Assembly: GCA_043798915.1 (NCBI GenBank)
Contig: JAZDOG010000089.1
Coordinates: forward strand, 33,158 to 97,157
Direction: 5' to 3'
Length of the DNA stretch: 64,000 nucleotides
Source: Pseudomonadota bacterium
GTDB taxonomy: Bacteria > UBA10199 > 2-02-FULL-44-16 > JAAZCA01
In this document: in pieces, positions 50,626 to 59,370 of the stretch
Layout of the letters: the number at the start of each line of letters is the position of its first letter
Position numbering within the stretch: the first letter of the stretch is position 1
Made by a program: the position numbers and the translations under genes
Notes under the pieces: generated by a model
The model's input: the letters and a program-made list of their open reading frames with translations, nothing else
The model's database searches: none
What the model was told of the DNA's origin: nothing

Positions 50626-51513
50626 TCATTTCATATATTTTGCCAGCACGTCGTTCGCCGACACTATCTCCTGACCTATCCCGAGGTCGGCGGGGCTCAA
50701 CCCCAACGCCAGGCCTATGAGCTGGGTGAAGTAGAGTATCGGTATATCGAACTTCATCTTATATTTTTTGGCCGCACGCTGCTGATAAGCATCTATGTTG
50801 AGCTGACACAGAGGACACGGCGTGACAAGTATCTGGGCGCCGCTTCGGATCGCGCTATGCAACAGGTTCTTTATCAGCCTGAGTCCTATCCATTCCTCCG
50901 TCCCCATGAGTGCGCCCCCGCAACAGTTTGCCTTCATGGCAAAATCGACCGGGGTCGCACCGCAGACCCTCATCAAACCCTCCATCGTTTCCGGACATTC
51001 CGGATCGTCTATCTCATTTTTGGGCCTTACCACCTGACACCCGTAATAACAGCCGACCTTCAGACCCTCAAGGGGTCTGACAACGAATTGTCTCACTTTT
51101 TCGGGCCCGATATCGTGGGCAAAGACGTCCAGCAGGTGGCGGACCTTGACAGTGCCCTTGTAGCTGAGGCCTCCCTCCGACAAGGCCGCATTGACCTTCT
51201 GACGCACCTGCGGGAACTCCTTCAGGTAGTTGTTCGTCTTGTTGAGTCCCACATAACATCCGCTGCAAGGTGCGACGATCTCTCCACTTTTTTGTTCCGC
51301 AAGCGCCAGATTCCTGGCCGAGATGGCGAAGGCAGTGAGCTCCTTGATGCCCATGTATGCGGTGGCGCCGCAGCAATTCCAGTCCTCAAGTTCCACGAGC
51401 TTTGCGCCAAGTGCGGCGGAAACCACGCGCGAAGACGCATCATAAGCTTTCGACGAGGAATGCAGCGAACAGCCGGGATAATAGAGATATTCTTTCCAGT
51501 AGGTCTCAGCCAT
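50626..51513 (-). CDS. hdrB: Heterodisulfide reductase subunit B (two CCG domains).
   Basis: CCG motifs 'CCGATAY'...'CSGCY' and 'CCGGAL'...'CPLCQ'. Confidence 0.85.
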   Translation of the reverse strand: MAETYWKEYLYYPGCSLHSSSKAYDASSRVVSAALGAKLVELEDWNCCGATAYMGIKELTAFAISARNLALAEQKSGEIVAPCSGCYVGLNKTNNYLKEFPQVRQKVNAALSEGGLSYKGTVKVRHLLDVFAHDIGPEKVRQFVVRPLEGLKVGCYYGCQVVRPKNEIDDPECPETMEGLMRVCGATPVDFAMKANCCGGALMGTEEWIGLRLIKNLLHSAIRSGAQILVTPCPLCQLNIDAYQQRAAKKYKMKFDIPILYFTQLIGLALGLSPADLGIGQEIVSANDVLAKYMK

Positions 51514-51524
51514 TAAATCACCCT

Positions 51525-52097
51525 TTAAGACATCGATTCCGCTTTCATCACTATCGCACGAAATTGTTTGCGACCTTTTATCTTATGCGCTGTCAGCGGG
51601 AGTCTCCCTTTAAGCCAAAGTCTGAGCCCGATCGTCATGTTCTTGAGGAGCGCGAACGGGTTCGTCTTCAAAAAGAAACGGAGCAAAAGCTCCATTTCGT
51701 TATTGCGGCCATATCGATTGACCACCTTCATAAAGGATTTCGCCAGATGGAATCCGCGCCATTGCAGGGAAAACCGCTCCTTGCTTGAAAGGCGTTTGAG
51801 CGCATACATGATATCGGTGACCTTGATGTTTTTCGGACAGCGGACATAACAGAAATAACAGGAGGTACAGAGCCAGATATCCGGGCTTTTGAGGACCTCC
51901 TCGCGAAGACCCGCGCGGATTTTATAGAACAGGTTGCGCGGGCTGTCCTCCATGAGATATGAGGTGGGACAGGAACCGGAGCAGGTGCCGCATTGAATGC
52001 AATCGACGATCTTCTCTCCGCCCGGGATAGCGCGCACCTCTTCCAGAAAACTCAGATCCATCTCGCTTTCGCGCTGTATGTCGCGCTTCTCGGCCAT
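51525..52097 (-). CDS. hdrC: Heterodisulfide reductase subunit C (2x[4Fe-4S]).
   Basis: 'CIQCGTCSGSCP' and 'CTSCYFCYVRCP'. Confidence 0.8.
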   Translation of the reverse strand: MAEKRDIQRESEMDLSFLEEVRAIPGGEKIVDCIQCGTCSGSCPTSYLMEDSPRNLFYKIRAGLREEVLKSPDIWLCTSCYFCYVRCPKNIKVTDIMYALKRLSSKERFSLQWRGFHLAKSFMKVVNRYGRNNEMELLLRFFLKTNPFALLKNMTIGLRLWLKGRLPLTAHKIKGRKQFRAIVMKAESMS

Positions 52098-52215
52098 CCC
52101 GCCCTCCGCCGATAAATCAGTTCATCTTGGAAGGCGTGGGCTAACACAATAAACCTCCTTCGTCAAATCGCTCACACAGATTTCACACTTACATTTTTTA
52201 CAGGGAAGGCAGCGC

Positions 52216-53586
52216 CTACATCAGTCCCAGTTCCTTCATCTTGCCATAGAGCGTCGTGCGGCCCAAATCGAGACTCCTCGCGGCCTTGCTTTTGTCGCCG
52301 TTGCATATCCGCAGGGCGTGCTCGATATACTGCCGCTCGGCACGGGCGACGTAGTCCTTGAGGGCGCCGACCGTCGCATCGGCCGTGGGGAGGCCCACCG
52401 GCGCGGCCGCGCCGGTCCTGCAGCCGTTGAGCGCCCATGACGGGAAGATCGATTCGTCGATACGGTCGCCAGGCGCCAGGATGGACAAGCTCTGGACGAT
52501 GTTCGCCAGCTCCCTCACATTCCCCGGCCAATGATAGGCCATGAGCCGCCCCATGGCCGCGGGTGTGAAGCTCTTCACCGCGCCATCCTTCGCAAACCGC
52601 GCGAGGAAATGATCGATGAGCGGCGGGATGTCCTCCACGCGCTCGCGCAGCGGAGGCATCGAGAACTGTATGACGCGCAGCCGGTGGTAGAGGTCCATGC
52701 GGAATTCGCCGCGGCTGACCTTCTCCTCGAGCAATTCATTGGTCGCCGCAATCACGCGGAAGTCGGCCTTGATGAGTTCGTTGCCGCCCACGCGGCAGAA
52801 CTCTCGCTCCTGCAATACACGCAGGATCTTCGCCTGCATGTCGGCCTTGAGGGCGCCCACCTCGTCCAAGAAAATGTCGCCTCCGTCGGCGAGCTCAAAC
52901 TTGCCGAGCCTGCGCTTTATGGCGCCGGTGTAGGCGCCAGCCTCGGCGCCGAAGAGCTCCGCCTCGATCAGGTTGTCGGGGATGGCCGCGCAGTTGACTG
53001 CGATGAAAGGTCTGCGGGCATCGCCCTCGATGCGGTGTATGTGGCGGGCCAGGAGTTCCTTGCCGGTGCCGGTCTCCCCGACGATCAGGACGTTTGCCCC
53101 GTGGCCTTTGAGCTGCTCCGTCTGGGAGAGGATGCCGCTCACCGCGGCGCTCCTGTGTATTATGCCGGGACAGCAACTTCCGGTGTTTTGGGCCTCGACG
53201 AGGGCGTCGTACCGCTCGCGCACGCGGCGCGCAGCCGCCTGCCTCTCGGCTATCGCCTGAAGCTCCTCCATGTCGAAGGGCTTGGTGAGATAATCGATCG
53301 CACCGGCGCGTATGGCCTCGACCACCGTCTTCGGATCGCGTTGGCCAGACAGGATGACGATGTCCACGGCGGGGTCGACGGATTTTATTCGGCGTATGCC
53401 CTCTATTCCATTCTCCCTGCCAAGCCCAATATCCAGAAGGACCATATCGATCGAACCGCCCCGCATCAGCGACAATCCCTCCTCTATGGACGGCGCGGTG
53501 GAGACGGCAAATATCCCGTGAAGCTGCATGCGCATGCCGATGAGAAAATCTGGATCGTCGTCGATGCAAAGAACTTTATACGTCAT
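52216..53586 (-). CDS. Sigma-54-dependent response regulator (NtrC family); no adjacent kinase.
   Basis: Start moved to MTYKVLCIDDD (GGAGGA RBS 4 nt upstream). Receiver 'MVLLDIGLG...YLTKP'; 'GETGTGKE'; 'GAYTGA'; C-terminal HTH. Confidence 0.85.
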   Translation of the reverse strand: MTYKVLCIDDDPDFLIGMRMQLHGIFAVSTAPSIEEGLSLMRGGSIDMVLLDIGLGRENGIEGIRRIKSVDPAVDIVILSGQRDPKTVVEAIRAGAIDYLTKPFDMEELQAIAERQAAARRVRERYDALVEAQNTGSCCPGIIHRSAAVSGILSQTEQLKGHGANVLIVGETGTGKELLARHIHRIEGDARRPFIAVNCAAIPDNLIEAELFGAEAGAYTGAIKRRLGKFELADGGDIFLDEVGALKADMQAKILRVLQEREFCRVGGNELIKADFRVIAATNELLEEKVSRGEFRMDLYHRLRVIQFSMPPLRERVEDIPPLIDHFLARFAKDGAVKSFTPAAMGRLMAYHWPGNVRELANIVQSLSILAPGDRIDESIFPSWALNGCRTGAAAPVGLPTADATVGALKDYVARAERQYIEHALRICNGDKSKAARSLDLGRTTLYGKMKELGLM

Positions 53587-53615
53587 AAGTTCCTCCATGT
53601 TTTCATCCTTATCTT

Positions 53616-53631
53616 AGCAATTTTCGTGCCA
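53616..53631 (-). promoter_or_regulatory. Consensus sigma-54 promoter TGGCAC-gaaaa-TTGCT on the minus strand, about 30 nt upstream of the regulator start codon.
   Basis: Reverse complement of 53616-53631 is TGGCACGAAAATTGCT, an exact TGGCAC-N5-TTGCW match. Correct spacing to the GGAGGA RBS and ATG at 53586. A TGTTC-N8-GAACA inverted repeat at 53749-53766 is a possible activator site. Confidence 0.55.
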
Positions 53632-53818
53632 ACCCCACAGTTGTCGTTATGAACCGCGTATTCCTTGAAAAAATCATTCCTGCTGATAAACAATCAAATA
53701 AAAAATCCGGAATTCAGAACACCCCTGATGTTCCAATTCTCGGATTATGTTCAGTTGTCCGAACAACCAGCATGCTCGGAATTAAGCACACGCGGCTCGC
53801 ACAAACAAGAATAATCCT

Positions 53819-53838
53819 GGTTAAAATTGGTTAAAATT
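53819..53838. repeat. Tandem direct repeat GGTTAAAATT x2 in the divergent promoter region between the sigma-54 regulator and the DUF4912 gene.
   Basis: Seen directly in the sequence; possible regulator-binding site. Confidence 0.4.
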
Positions 53839-53947
53839 CGTCGATTGCTTTTCCGGAAGGCCTGTTATATACGGGTTATTGGAAAAGTAATTTATATCAA
53901 GTGGTTTAATCCGCAACGTCCCAAAGGCCGACAAAAAGGGGGACCAG

Positions 53948-54871
53948 ATGCCCAGAGCCAGCGGAATAAAGAAAAAGGGTGCGATGGCACGAAAAAAATC
54001 GACCTCCAGACCCAAGGCCCCTGTGAAGAAACGCAAGACCGCCGCAAAACGCCCCGCAATAAAGAAAGCCAAACCGCAAACAAAAAAAATCTCTACGAGG
54101 AAGGCGCGGCCCCAAAAAGCGCGGCAGGTCGGGGCACGCAATATCGCGGGGGTCGATCTAGGATTCGAAAAAATAGTCGCACACATCTCGCGTGGCCAGA
54201 CGGATGAGGGCAGTATCGAGAAAACGAAATTCGACATCGGCGTCGCGCACAACGCGCAGGCTATGGCGGTCCATGATATCCCCTCGCACTACGGCAAGGA
54301 CCACGCCTCCATTCTCGTCGTCGACCCCAGGTTCGTCTTCACCTACTGGGAGGTGAGGCAGAAATCGATGCTGGAGGCGGCCAAGAGGCTCGGCTCAGAG
54401 GCAAAGCTCACTCTGCGCTTCTACGACATCACCCGCACGCACGCGCCGGAGGACGCGCCGTCCTGGGACGTCGAAGTCTTCGACAGGCTCGGAAACTGGT
54501 ATCTGAAGCTCGAGTATCCGGAGCAGATCCTCTGCCTCGATGTCGGCATGAGGAGCGCTTCGGGCGCGTTCCACTGCATCGCAAGATCGAACTTCCTGCG
54601 CATGCCGCCGGCCTCGCTCGCCCGCCCGGGACCCATCAAGTGGATGGTGGTGACGCCCGCCGGCGACAGGCTCATAAGCGACGTTGAGGAGTACACGGAC
54701 GCGGACCTCTCGCTCCTCAAGAAGATACTGGGCCCGTACTTCTTCGATCTGCTCATGCGCGGACGATTCGCCTCGATCGCCGGATCGAGCCTCGAGGCGA
54801 TCTTCTACGACGTCCAGGCGCTGCGCGTCGGGGAGTCCCCAGCCGGACGCCCGCCGTGGATAAAATCGTGA
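53948..54871 (+). CDS. DUF4912-like protein with a highly basic Lys/Ala/Pro-rich histone-H1-like N-terminal tail; co-occurs with GH57 enzymes.
   Basis: Tail 'KKKGAMARKKSTSRPKAPVKKRKTAAKRPAIKKAKPQTKK'. Overlaps the GH57 gene start by 16 nt (translational coupling). Confidence 0.55.
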   Translation: MPRASGIKKKGAMARKKSTSRPKAPVKKRKTAAKRPAIKKAKPQTKKISTRKARPQKARQVGARNIAGVDLGFEKIVAHISRGQTDEGSIEKTKFDIGVAHNAQAMAVHDIPSHYGKDHASILVVDPRFVFTYWEVRQKSMLEAAKRLGSEAKLTLRFYDITRTHAPEDAPSWDVEVFDRLGNWYLKLEYPEQILCLDVGMRSASGAFHCIARSNFLRMPPASLARPGPIKWMVVTPAGDRLISDVEEYTDADLSLLKKILGPYFFDLLMRGRFASIAGSSLEAIFYDVQALRVGESPAGRPPWIKS

Positions 54872-56448
54872 CCAAAGGGTATCTATCGCTGGTTCTGCAT
54901 GCTCACCTGCCGTACGTGAGGCACCCTGAGCACGAGGAGTTCCTCGAGGAACAGTGGTTCTTCGAGGGGATGACGGAGACCTACATCCCGCTCCTCACCG
55001 TGTTCGAAGGGCTCGTGCGCGACGGCATCGACTTCAGGATCACGATATCGCTCACCCCTCCCCTCATCTCCATGATGACCGACGGCCTGCTTCAGGACCG
55101 CTATTCCAGGCATCTGCAGAGGCAGCTCGAACTCGCAGGAAAGGAACTCGACCGCACGCGGCACAACGAGGCCTTCCGACCGACCGCCGAGATGTACCAC
55201 GGCAAGCTCTCCCACGCCCGCTGGCTCTTCGAGGAACGCTGGGGGAGAAACCTCGTCGCCGGCTTCCGTCACTTCCAGGACATGGGGAAGCTCGAGATAA
55301 TCACCTGCGGCGCTACCCACGGCTTTTTGCCGCTTCTGCGCGTATCCCACGAAGCGGTGCGCGCGCAAGTTTCCGTCGCATGCGACCTGCACGAGCGGCA
55401 CCTCGGGCGCCGGCCCCGCGGCATATGGCTGCCGGAGTGCGGCTACTACCCGGGCCTGGACGAAATACTGTGGGACCACGGGATCAGATTCTTCTTCGTC
55501 GACTCGCACGGCATCCTCCACGCCGAATCGCGCCCCAAGTACGGCGTCTATGCGCCGCTCTATTGCCCGTCGGGCGCCGCTGCGTTCGGGCGCGACTACG
55601 AGTCGTCTAAACAGGTATGGAGCGCAAAGGAGGGCTACCCGGGCGATTTCGTCTACAGGGATTTCTATCGCGACATCGGCTTCGACCTTCCGCTCGACTA
55701 CATCCGGCACTACATTCACCCGGACGGCATCAGGATCATGACCGGCTTCAAATATCACCGCATCACCGGAGTCACGGACCACAAGGAACCCTACAATCCT
55801 TCGCACGCAGCCGAGACAGCTGCATCACACGCCGGAAACTTCATGTTCAACAGGCAGCGCCAGTGTGAATATCTCCACGATGTGATAGGAAAGCCGCCGA
55901 TCATCGTGGCGCCCTATGACGCGGAGCTCTTCGGCCACTGGTGGTATGAGGGCGTGGACTGGATCAATTATCTCTTCAGAAAGATTGGCTGCGACCAGGA
56001 CACGGTGAAGCTTGCAACGCCGTGGGAGTATCTCTGCTGGCATCCCAAGAACCAGCTGGCCCGCCCCTCGGAATCGAGCTGGGGCAACAAGGGCTATGCC
56101 GAGGTGTGGTGCAACGGGACCAACGACTGGATCTACCGGCACCTGCACGAAGGGGCGTTCCGGATGACGGAGCTGGCGCGCGCGCATCCCTCGCCCGACG
56201 GCAACTTGAAGCGCGCGCTGAACCAGATGGCGAGGGAGCTCCTGCTCGCGCAGTCGTCCGACTGGGCCTTCATCATGAACAGCGGAACGATGGTGGAATA
56301 CGCGGTCAAGCGCACGAAGGAGCACATCTGGCGCTTGACGAAGCTCTATGAGGACATCAAGGGCTGCCGCCTCGACATGAACTTCGTGGGCGAACTGGAG
56401 TGGAAGGACAACATATTCCCGGACATCGACTACAGGACATATGTGTGA
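54856..56448 (+). CDS. Glycoside hydrolase family 57 enzyme (alpha-glucan branching/amylase type).
   Basis: GH57 N-terminal signature 'GYLSLVLHAHLPYVRHPE' with catalytic-region conservation ('WLPECGY', 'FFFVDSHG'). Confidence 0.85.
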   Translation: MDKIVTKGYLSLVLHAHLPYVRHPEHEEFLEEQWFFEGMTETYIPLLTVFEGLVRDGIDFRITISLTPPLISMMTDGLLQDRYSRHLQRQLELAGKELDRTRHNEAFRPTAEMYHGKLSHARWLFEERWGRNLVAGFRHFQDMGKLEIITCGATHGFLPLLRVSHEAVRAQVSVACDLHERHLGRRPRGIWLPECGYYPGLDEILWDHGIRFFFVDSHGILHAESRPKYGVYAPLYCPSGAAAFGRDYESSKQVWSAKEGYPGDFVYRDFYRDIGFDLPLDYIRHYIHPDGIRIMTGFKYHRITGVTDHKEPYNPSHAAETAASHAGNFMFNRQRQCEYLHDVIGKPPIIVAPYDAELFGHWWYEGVDWINYLFRKIGCDQDTVKLATPWEYLCWHPKNQLARPSESSWGNKGYAEVWCNGTNDWIYRHLHEGAFRMTELARAHPSPDGNLKRALNQMARELLLAQSSDWAFIMNSGTMVEYAVKRTKEHIWRLTKLYEDIKGCRLDMNFVGELEWKDNIFPDIDYRTYV

Positions 56449-56687
56449 TCGGCGGCAAACCGACTGCTGCAGAGGGAGAAAGTAAGACAATGGGGGGCTA
56501 GGACTCAATTGTCTTGAGGGTCTCAATAAAACGGAATGTCGAATTTTTCCCCACCACTCATATCCGCTTTAATGACACTTTTATCATTGTATTTATGGCT
56601 GGCTTGGTTTGAGTAGGCACGGCCCAGCCGCTGCGGGAAAAGGACAGCAAATCGTTCAATCACATTAGCCTTCGGAGCTGCTATTTT

Positions 56688-58091
56688 ATGAAGACGGCTG
56701 ATCTCGATATTCTCGTCCAAGAGGGTGAGAGCACGACGCTGGAGTTCAAAGAGGGGCTGTCGTCGTCGTTCGCGCGCGAGCTGGTTGGGATGGCCAACAC
56801 GATCGGCGGCAAAGTTTTGCTCGGCGTTCGGGATGATGGCGCGGTGCTCGGCCTGACGGACTCCAACGCCTTGCGTGCCCGTGTCCAGGATATCGCCCGA
56901 AACTGCGATCCGCCAGTGGAGGTAGTGGTCGAACTGGTGGGGCGGGTGCTGGTGGTGCATGTTCACGAAAGCAATGCCAAACCGGTACAGTGCAGCGACG
57001 GCTTCTTCTGGCGGCAAGGGGCTGCTACTCAAAAGCTTTCTCGGGACGAAGTTAGGAATTTCTTCCACGCCGAGGGTGCGATACATTTCGACTTATCGCC
57101 TTGCCCGCGCTTCCGCTATCCGGAGGACTTCGACCGCGAGAAATACGCTGCGTGGCTGGAGCTCAGTGGCATCAGCGGACGGCCGAGCACGGAGGATGTG
57201 CTGGTCAATATCGAAGCCGCCGAGCGCACGGGTGGAAAACTCTTGTTCCGCAACGCGGGCGTGCTGTTCTTTGCCAAGAATGTTCGGCACTTTTTTAACC
57301 ATGCCTACGTCACATGCCTTTTGGCCAAGGGCACCGACAAGGTTCGTGTGCTGGACCGCAAAGATTTCGACGGTGGCATTGTGGCCGATATACAGGACTC
57401 CATGCGTTTCATCGAACGCAACACTCGAACCGCCTGGCGTATCGAAGGTCTGCGCCGGGAGGACATCCCCGAGTATCCGATGAAAGCCCTGCGCGAAGCT
57501 ATCACCAATGCGGTCATGCACCGCGATTGGTTCGTTGATGGGGCCAATGTTTTCGTGGAGATATACACCGATCGGATCGAAATCTCGAGCCCTGGCGGCC
57601 TGCCAAAGGGCATGAAGCTTTCCGACCTTGGCCGCAAGAGCATCCGACGCAACGCCCTTATCGCCGATTTGCTCCATCGCATAGAGTTCATCGAAAAGGC
57701 GGGAACTGGCATAAAGCGGATTCGCGACGAGGCACACGAGCAAGGCTGCCCCGAGCCGGTTTTCGAGGTGGACGGCTTTTTTACTTCGATATTCCGCCCA
57801 AATCCCGAAGTCAGGGCCCAAGCTGGGGTTGTAGCCAAATCATCGACCGGGGAAGTCACCGGGGAAGTCACAAGGCTTCTGGCCGTCATGTCCAGCGAGA
57901 TGAAACGCAAGGAAATCCAAGAGGCTCTGGGGCTTAAGCACGAGGACCACTTTCGGGAAGCGTATCTTTTGCCGGCTATCAGGGCTGGAGTTGTCGAATT
58001 GACAATCCCCGATAGACCCAGAAGCAGCAGGCAACGCTACCGCCTGACGGCCAAAGGGCGCAGTCTGTTGAGGAAGAAAAACAAGGAGTGA
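56688..58091 (+). CDS. AlbA_2 (divergent AAA / Schlafen-like) + HATPase_c_4 + C-terminal wHTH protein ('putative DNA-binding/ATP-binding transcriptional regulator' architecture).
   Basis: N-terminal 'ESTTLEFKEG...GGKVLLGVRDDGAVLGL' AlbA_2 signature, followed by a GHKL-like region and a C-terminal helix-turn-helix. Confidence 0.65.
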   Translation: MKTADLDILVQEGESTTLEFKEGLSSSFARELVGMANTIGGKVLLGVRDDGAVLGLTDSNALRARVQDIARNCDPPVEVVVELVGRVLVVHVHESNAKPVQCSDGFFWRQGAATQKLSRDEVRNFFHAEGAIHFDLSPCPRFRYPEDFDREKYAAWLELSGISGRPSTEDVLVNIEAAERTGGKLLFRNAGVLFFAKNVRHFFNHAYVTCLLAKGTDKVRVLDRKDFDGGIVADIQDSMRFIERNTRTAWRIEGLRREDIPEYPMKALREAITNAVMHRDWFVDGANVFVEIYTDRIEISSPGGLPKGMKLSDLGRKSIRRNALIADLLHRIEFIEKAGTGIKRIRDEAHEQGCPEPVFEVDGFFTSIFRPNPEVRAQAGVVAKSSTGEVTGEVTRLLAVMSSEMKRKEIQEALGLKHEDHFREAYLLPAIRAGVVELTIPDRPRSSRQRYRLTAKGRSLLRKKNKE

Positions 58092-58422
58092 CCTCTAAAA
58101 GCGATATTGGAACGTGACATCGTTCGGCAACAGCATTGGTCGCATAACAATTACATTAAGCATAAACGATCTAACCCCTTGAAATTGCGTAATATTTAAT
58201 GTCGTATAACATATCTTATGTCTAATTACCCTTATTTCTCCATATTTTCACTACTATTATTTCAAGTATTACTTGATCGTCCTCTCTATATAGTAGTCGT
58301 TCAACGCTTCACATCTTTCTCCGCTGATCGCCGTCTGATTATTCTTTCCTAAAACCTTCAAGTTCATAGGTGCCAAAGACATATGTAACACGAGGGGCTG
58401 TCAAATCGTGAAATTTCCGTGA

Positions 58423-59054
58423 TCAGTGGGAAGGCGCAGCGGTCGGCGCCTTCTTGGTAGATTTTCCTCCCTGAACTCCGTTTCCGACAGCGTCCCCGAG
58501 TTTGCTGATATAGTCCAATGCCTCACCCAGCGTTTCGCAGGTCTGTTCAATTTTCGTGATTTCCTTATTCACGTCCTTGCCCTTGAATCCCTTGGCTTCC
58601 AGGGTCATTCTGATCTGATCTTTCCCATTCTGTTTGCCCGCGGTGTCGGGCAGACCATCAAGGCCATAAAGGGCGTCAACAGTGAGCGGCTTCTGGCCGT
58701 GCAGGTGAAGGAACGCATTGACGCGACCCATGACCCTGGCAAAATCCGCGTCACTCGGCGGCGTTATGCCTTGTGGCTTGAGCTTCCATTGAGCCAAATA
58801 ATATTTTGCTATGCTCTTTCTCATTTTTTCCGGTGTCGGCTGAAAAACCGTCGTGACAATCTTCCATTCCTTTGCGTCCGACTTGTCCAGCACAATGGCG
58901 ATATATTGCCGCTGACCGTTGATGGCAGACGGAGCAATATCAGACGGAGGAGCGTCAGACGGAGCGCCATGGTGGATATCGAGCGGCGTGGAGGCGATAA
59001 GCTCCTTTTGCCCCTGACCGCCTATTTTATTGGTGTCTCCAGCCCCGAACATAC
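58423..59054 (-). CDS. Hypothetical 210-aa protein (no signal peptide, no recognised domain) expressed from a sigma-54 promoter. Gene is AT-richer than its flanks.
   Basis: ATG (MFGAGDTNK...) immediately follows the poly-G tract. The listed TTG start at 59100 lies inside the promoter element and is rejected. Confidence 0.5.
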
Positions 59055-59067
59055 CCCCCCCCCCCCG
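59055..59067. repeat. Homopolymeric tract, 13 x C on the plus strand (G13 on the coding strand), sitting between the sigma-54 promoter/TSS and the ATG of the downstream gene.
   Basis: Counted directly: 59055-59067 are all C. It is the longest homopolymer in the window. Confidence 0.9.
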
Positions 59068-59096
59068 AATAAACTCCTGATCGGTAGTATTTGATC

Positions 59097-59112
59097 GCAA
59101 TAGACGTGCCAG
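59097..59112 (-). promoter_or_regulatory. Consensus sigma-54 promoter TGGCAC-gtcta-TTGCG on the minus strand, about 40 nt upstream of the MFGAGD start.
   Basis: Reverse complement of 59097-59112 is TGGCACGTCTATTGCG, an exact GG-N10-GC core with full TGGCAC / TTGC. Confidence 0.5.
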
Positions 59113-59328
59113 GAGGGCGACTAATATAACTATTTGATATTAATGGTTTTTTTGACGTATTACAAGGGATGCATGCACCCCTGCTGAGGACTTCGATATT
59201 CGCATCGGGGCTTTTTGTCCCCAACATCACTAGGGCCCTTCTCATTCTCCGCTCAGGGCGATCGCCAAGTCCTTCCCTCCCGCAAGCGCCCATTTTGCAA
59301 AGCTCTCTCACAGATTTGAATAGCAACC

Positions 59329-59357
59329 CTTGATATTCCTTATAAAGGTCCCATATT
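59329..59357 (+). promoter_or_regulatory. Sigma-32-type heat-shock promoter candidate CTTGATA-N14-CCCATATT upstream of clpB.
   Basis: Matches CTTGAAA-N13-15-CCCCATNT with one mismatch in each box. About 120 nt upstream of the clpB ATG. Confidence 0.35.
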
Positions 59358-59370
59358 ATTGAGGAAGTTA

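Noticed and set aside
59055-59100. Reading the poly-G tract as internal Gly codons of an ORF starting at TTG 59100
   Set aside because: The TTG lies inside the -12 box of the sigma-54 promoter, so it cannot be translated from that promoter's transcript. The ATG at 59054 directly follows the tract.
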